A stretch of DNA of 35,373 nucleotides from Nemertoderma westbladi. Lineage: Eukaryota > Animalia > Xenacoelomorpha. Position 1 is the stretch's first letter; every line of letters begins with the position of its first letter. Location of the stretch: contig JAUCBJ010001801.1 of NCBI GenBank assembly GCA_032718475.1, forward strand, positions 1-35,373. The letters are read 5' to 3'. The translations under genes were made by a program, and so were the position numbers. Shown one piece after another: positions 33,301 through 35,373 of the stretch. The notes under the pieces are model-generated. The model was not told the DNA's origin. It saw only the letters and a list, made by a program, of their open reading frames with translations, and ran no database searches.

Positions 33301-35373
33301 CAAATTCTACAATTCAGTTCTATTTCGGAATACGTTTCATTCAAAGTCTAAAATTCAGTTCTATTTCGGAATACGTTTTATTCAAAGTCTAAAATTCAGT
33401 TCTATTTCGGAATACGTTTTATTCAAAGTCTAAAATTCAGTTCTATTTCGGAATACGTTTTATCCAAAGTCTAAAATTCAGTTCTATTTCGGAATACGTT
33501 TTATTCAAAGTCTAAAATTCAGTTCTATTTCGGAATACGTTTCATTCAAAGTCTAAAATTCAGTTCTATTTCGGAATACGTTTTATTCAAAGTCTAAAAT
33601 TCAGTTCTATTTCGGAATACGTTTTATTCAAAGTCTAAAATTCAGTTCTATTTCGGAATACGTTTTATCCAAAGTCTAAAATTCAGTTCTATTTCGGAAT
33701 ACGTTTTATCCAAAGTCTAAAATTCAGTTCTATTTCGGAATACGTTTTATTCAAAGTCTCAAAGTCAGTTCTATTTCGGAATACGTTTTATCCAAAGTCT
33801 AAAATTCAGTTCTATTTCGGAATACGTTTTATTCAAAGTCTAAAATTCAGTTCTATTTCGGAATACGTTTTATTCAAAGTCTAAAATTCAGTTCTATTTC
33901 GGAATACGTTTTATTCAAAGTCTAAAATTCAGTTCTATTTCGGAATACGTTTTATTCAAATTCTAAAATTCAGTTCTATTTCGGAATACGTTTTATTCAA
34001 AGTCTCAAAGTCAGTTCTATTTCGGAATACGTTTTATCCAAAGTCTAAAATTCAGTTCTATTTCGGAATACGTTTTATTCAAAGTCTAAAATTCAGTTCT
34101 ATTTCGGAATACGTTTTATTCAAAGTCTAAAATTCAGTTCTATTTCGGAATACGTTTTATCCAAAGTCTAAAATTCAGTTCTATTTCGGAATACGTTTTA
34201 TTCAAAGTCTAAAATTCAGTTCTATTTCGGAATACGTTTCATTCAAAGTCTAAAATTCAGTTCTATTTCGGAATACGTTTTATTCAAAGTCTCAAATTCA
34301 GTTCTATTTCGGAATACGTTTTATTCAAAGTCTAAAATTCAGTTCTATTTCGGAATACGTTTTATCCAAAGTCTAAAATTCAGTTCTATTTCGGAATACG
34401 TTTTATCCAAAGTCTAAAATTCAGTTCTATTTCGGAATACGTTTTATTCAAAGTCTAAAATTCAGTTCTATTTCGGAATACGTTTTATTCAAAGTCTAAA
34501 ATTCAGTTCTATTTCGGAATACGTTTTATTCAAATTCTAAAATTCAGTTCTATTTCGGAATACGTTTTATTCAAAGTCTCAAAGTCAGTTCTATTTCGGA
34601 ATACGTTTTATCCAAAGTCTAAAATTCAGTTCTATTTCGGAATACGTTTTATTCAAAGTCTAAAATTCAGTTCTATTTCGGAATACGTTTTATTCAAAGT
34701 CTAAAATTCAGTTCTATTTCGGAATACGTTTTATTCAAAGTCTAAAATTCAGTTCTATTTCGGAATACGTTTTATTCAAAGTCTAAAATTCAGTTCTATT
34801 TCGGAATACGTTTTATTCAAAGTCTAAAATTCAGTTCTATTTCGGAATACGTTTTATTCAAATTCTAAAATTCAGTTCTATTTCGGAATACGTTTTATTC
34901 AAAGTCTCAAAGTCAGTTCTATTTCGGAATACGTTTTATCCAAAGTCTAAAATTCAGTTCTATTTCGGAATACGTTTTATTCAAAGTCTAAAATTCAGTT
35001 CTATTTCGGAATACGTTTTATTCAAAGTCTAAAATTCAGTTCTATTTCGGAATACGTTTTATTCAAATTCTAAAATTCAGTTCTATTTCGGAATACGTTT
35101 TATTCAAAGTCTCAAAGTCAGTTCTATTTCGGAATACGTTTTATCCAAAGTCTAAAATTCAGTTCTATTTCGGAATACGTTTTATTCAAAGTCTCAAAGT
35201 CAGTTCTATTTCGGAATACGTTTTATCCAAAGTCTAAAATTCAGTTCTATTTCGGAATACGTTTTATTCAAAGTCTAAAATTCAGTTCTATTTCGGAATA
35301 CGTTTTATTCAAAGTCTAAAATTCAGTTCTATTTCGGAATACGTTTTATTCAAAGTCTAAAATTCAGTTCTAT
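33301..35373. repeat. 41-bp satellite array, about 50 copies, continuing past the window end
   Basis: Unit aaattcagttctatttcggaatacgttttattcaaagtcta, head to tail, with few variants and no spacers. Confidence 0.99.

Noticed and set aside
33301-35373. CRISPR array or CENP-B box satellite
   Set aside because: Units are contiguous with no unique spacers and there are no cas genes; TTCGGAATACG does not fit CENP-B box spacing.

Overview
Eukaryotic genomic DNA, most likely from an invertebrate animal (GT-AG introns, AT-rich intergenic DNA, transposon-dense); the species cannot be determined from the sequence. From left to right: a decayed LINE reverse-transcriptase fragment; a 1.7-kb non-autonomous Mutator-like element with two nested MITEs; an 8-exon LSM14 (RAP55/Tral/Scd6) gene whose last intron contains a complete, intronless, same-strand mitochondrial EF-Tu gene; a tRNA-like element; an intronless gene for a secreted 324-aa precursor with four homologous cationic modules separated by Arg/Glu processing-type linkers; a full-length but inactivated 13.6-kb BEL/Pao LTR retrotransposon (5-bp TSD CCGAT) inserted into a PIF/Harbinger transposase remnant; and a 41-bp satellite running off the right end. 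Most notable: (1) the BEL/Pao element carries an extra ORF encoding a DEDDy-like 3'-5' exonuclease plus three CCHC zinc knuckles; (2) it lacks a tRNA-type PBS and has a PBS-position 9-mer complementary to its own LTR, suggesting self-priming; (3) the four-module peptide precursor; (4) the nested EF-Tu gene with an altered aminoacyl pocket. All family assignments come from motif recognition by eye, with no database searches.
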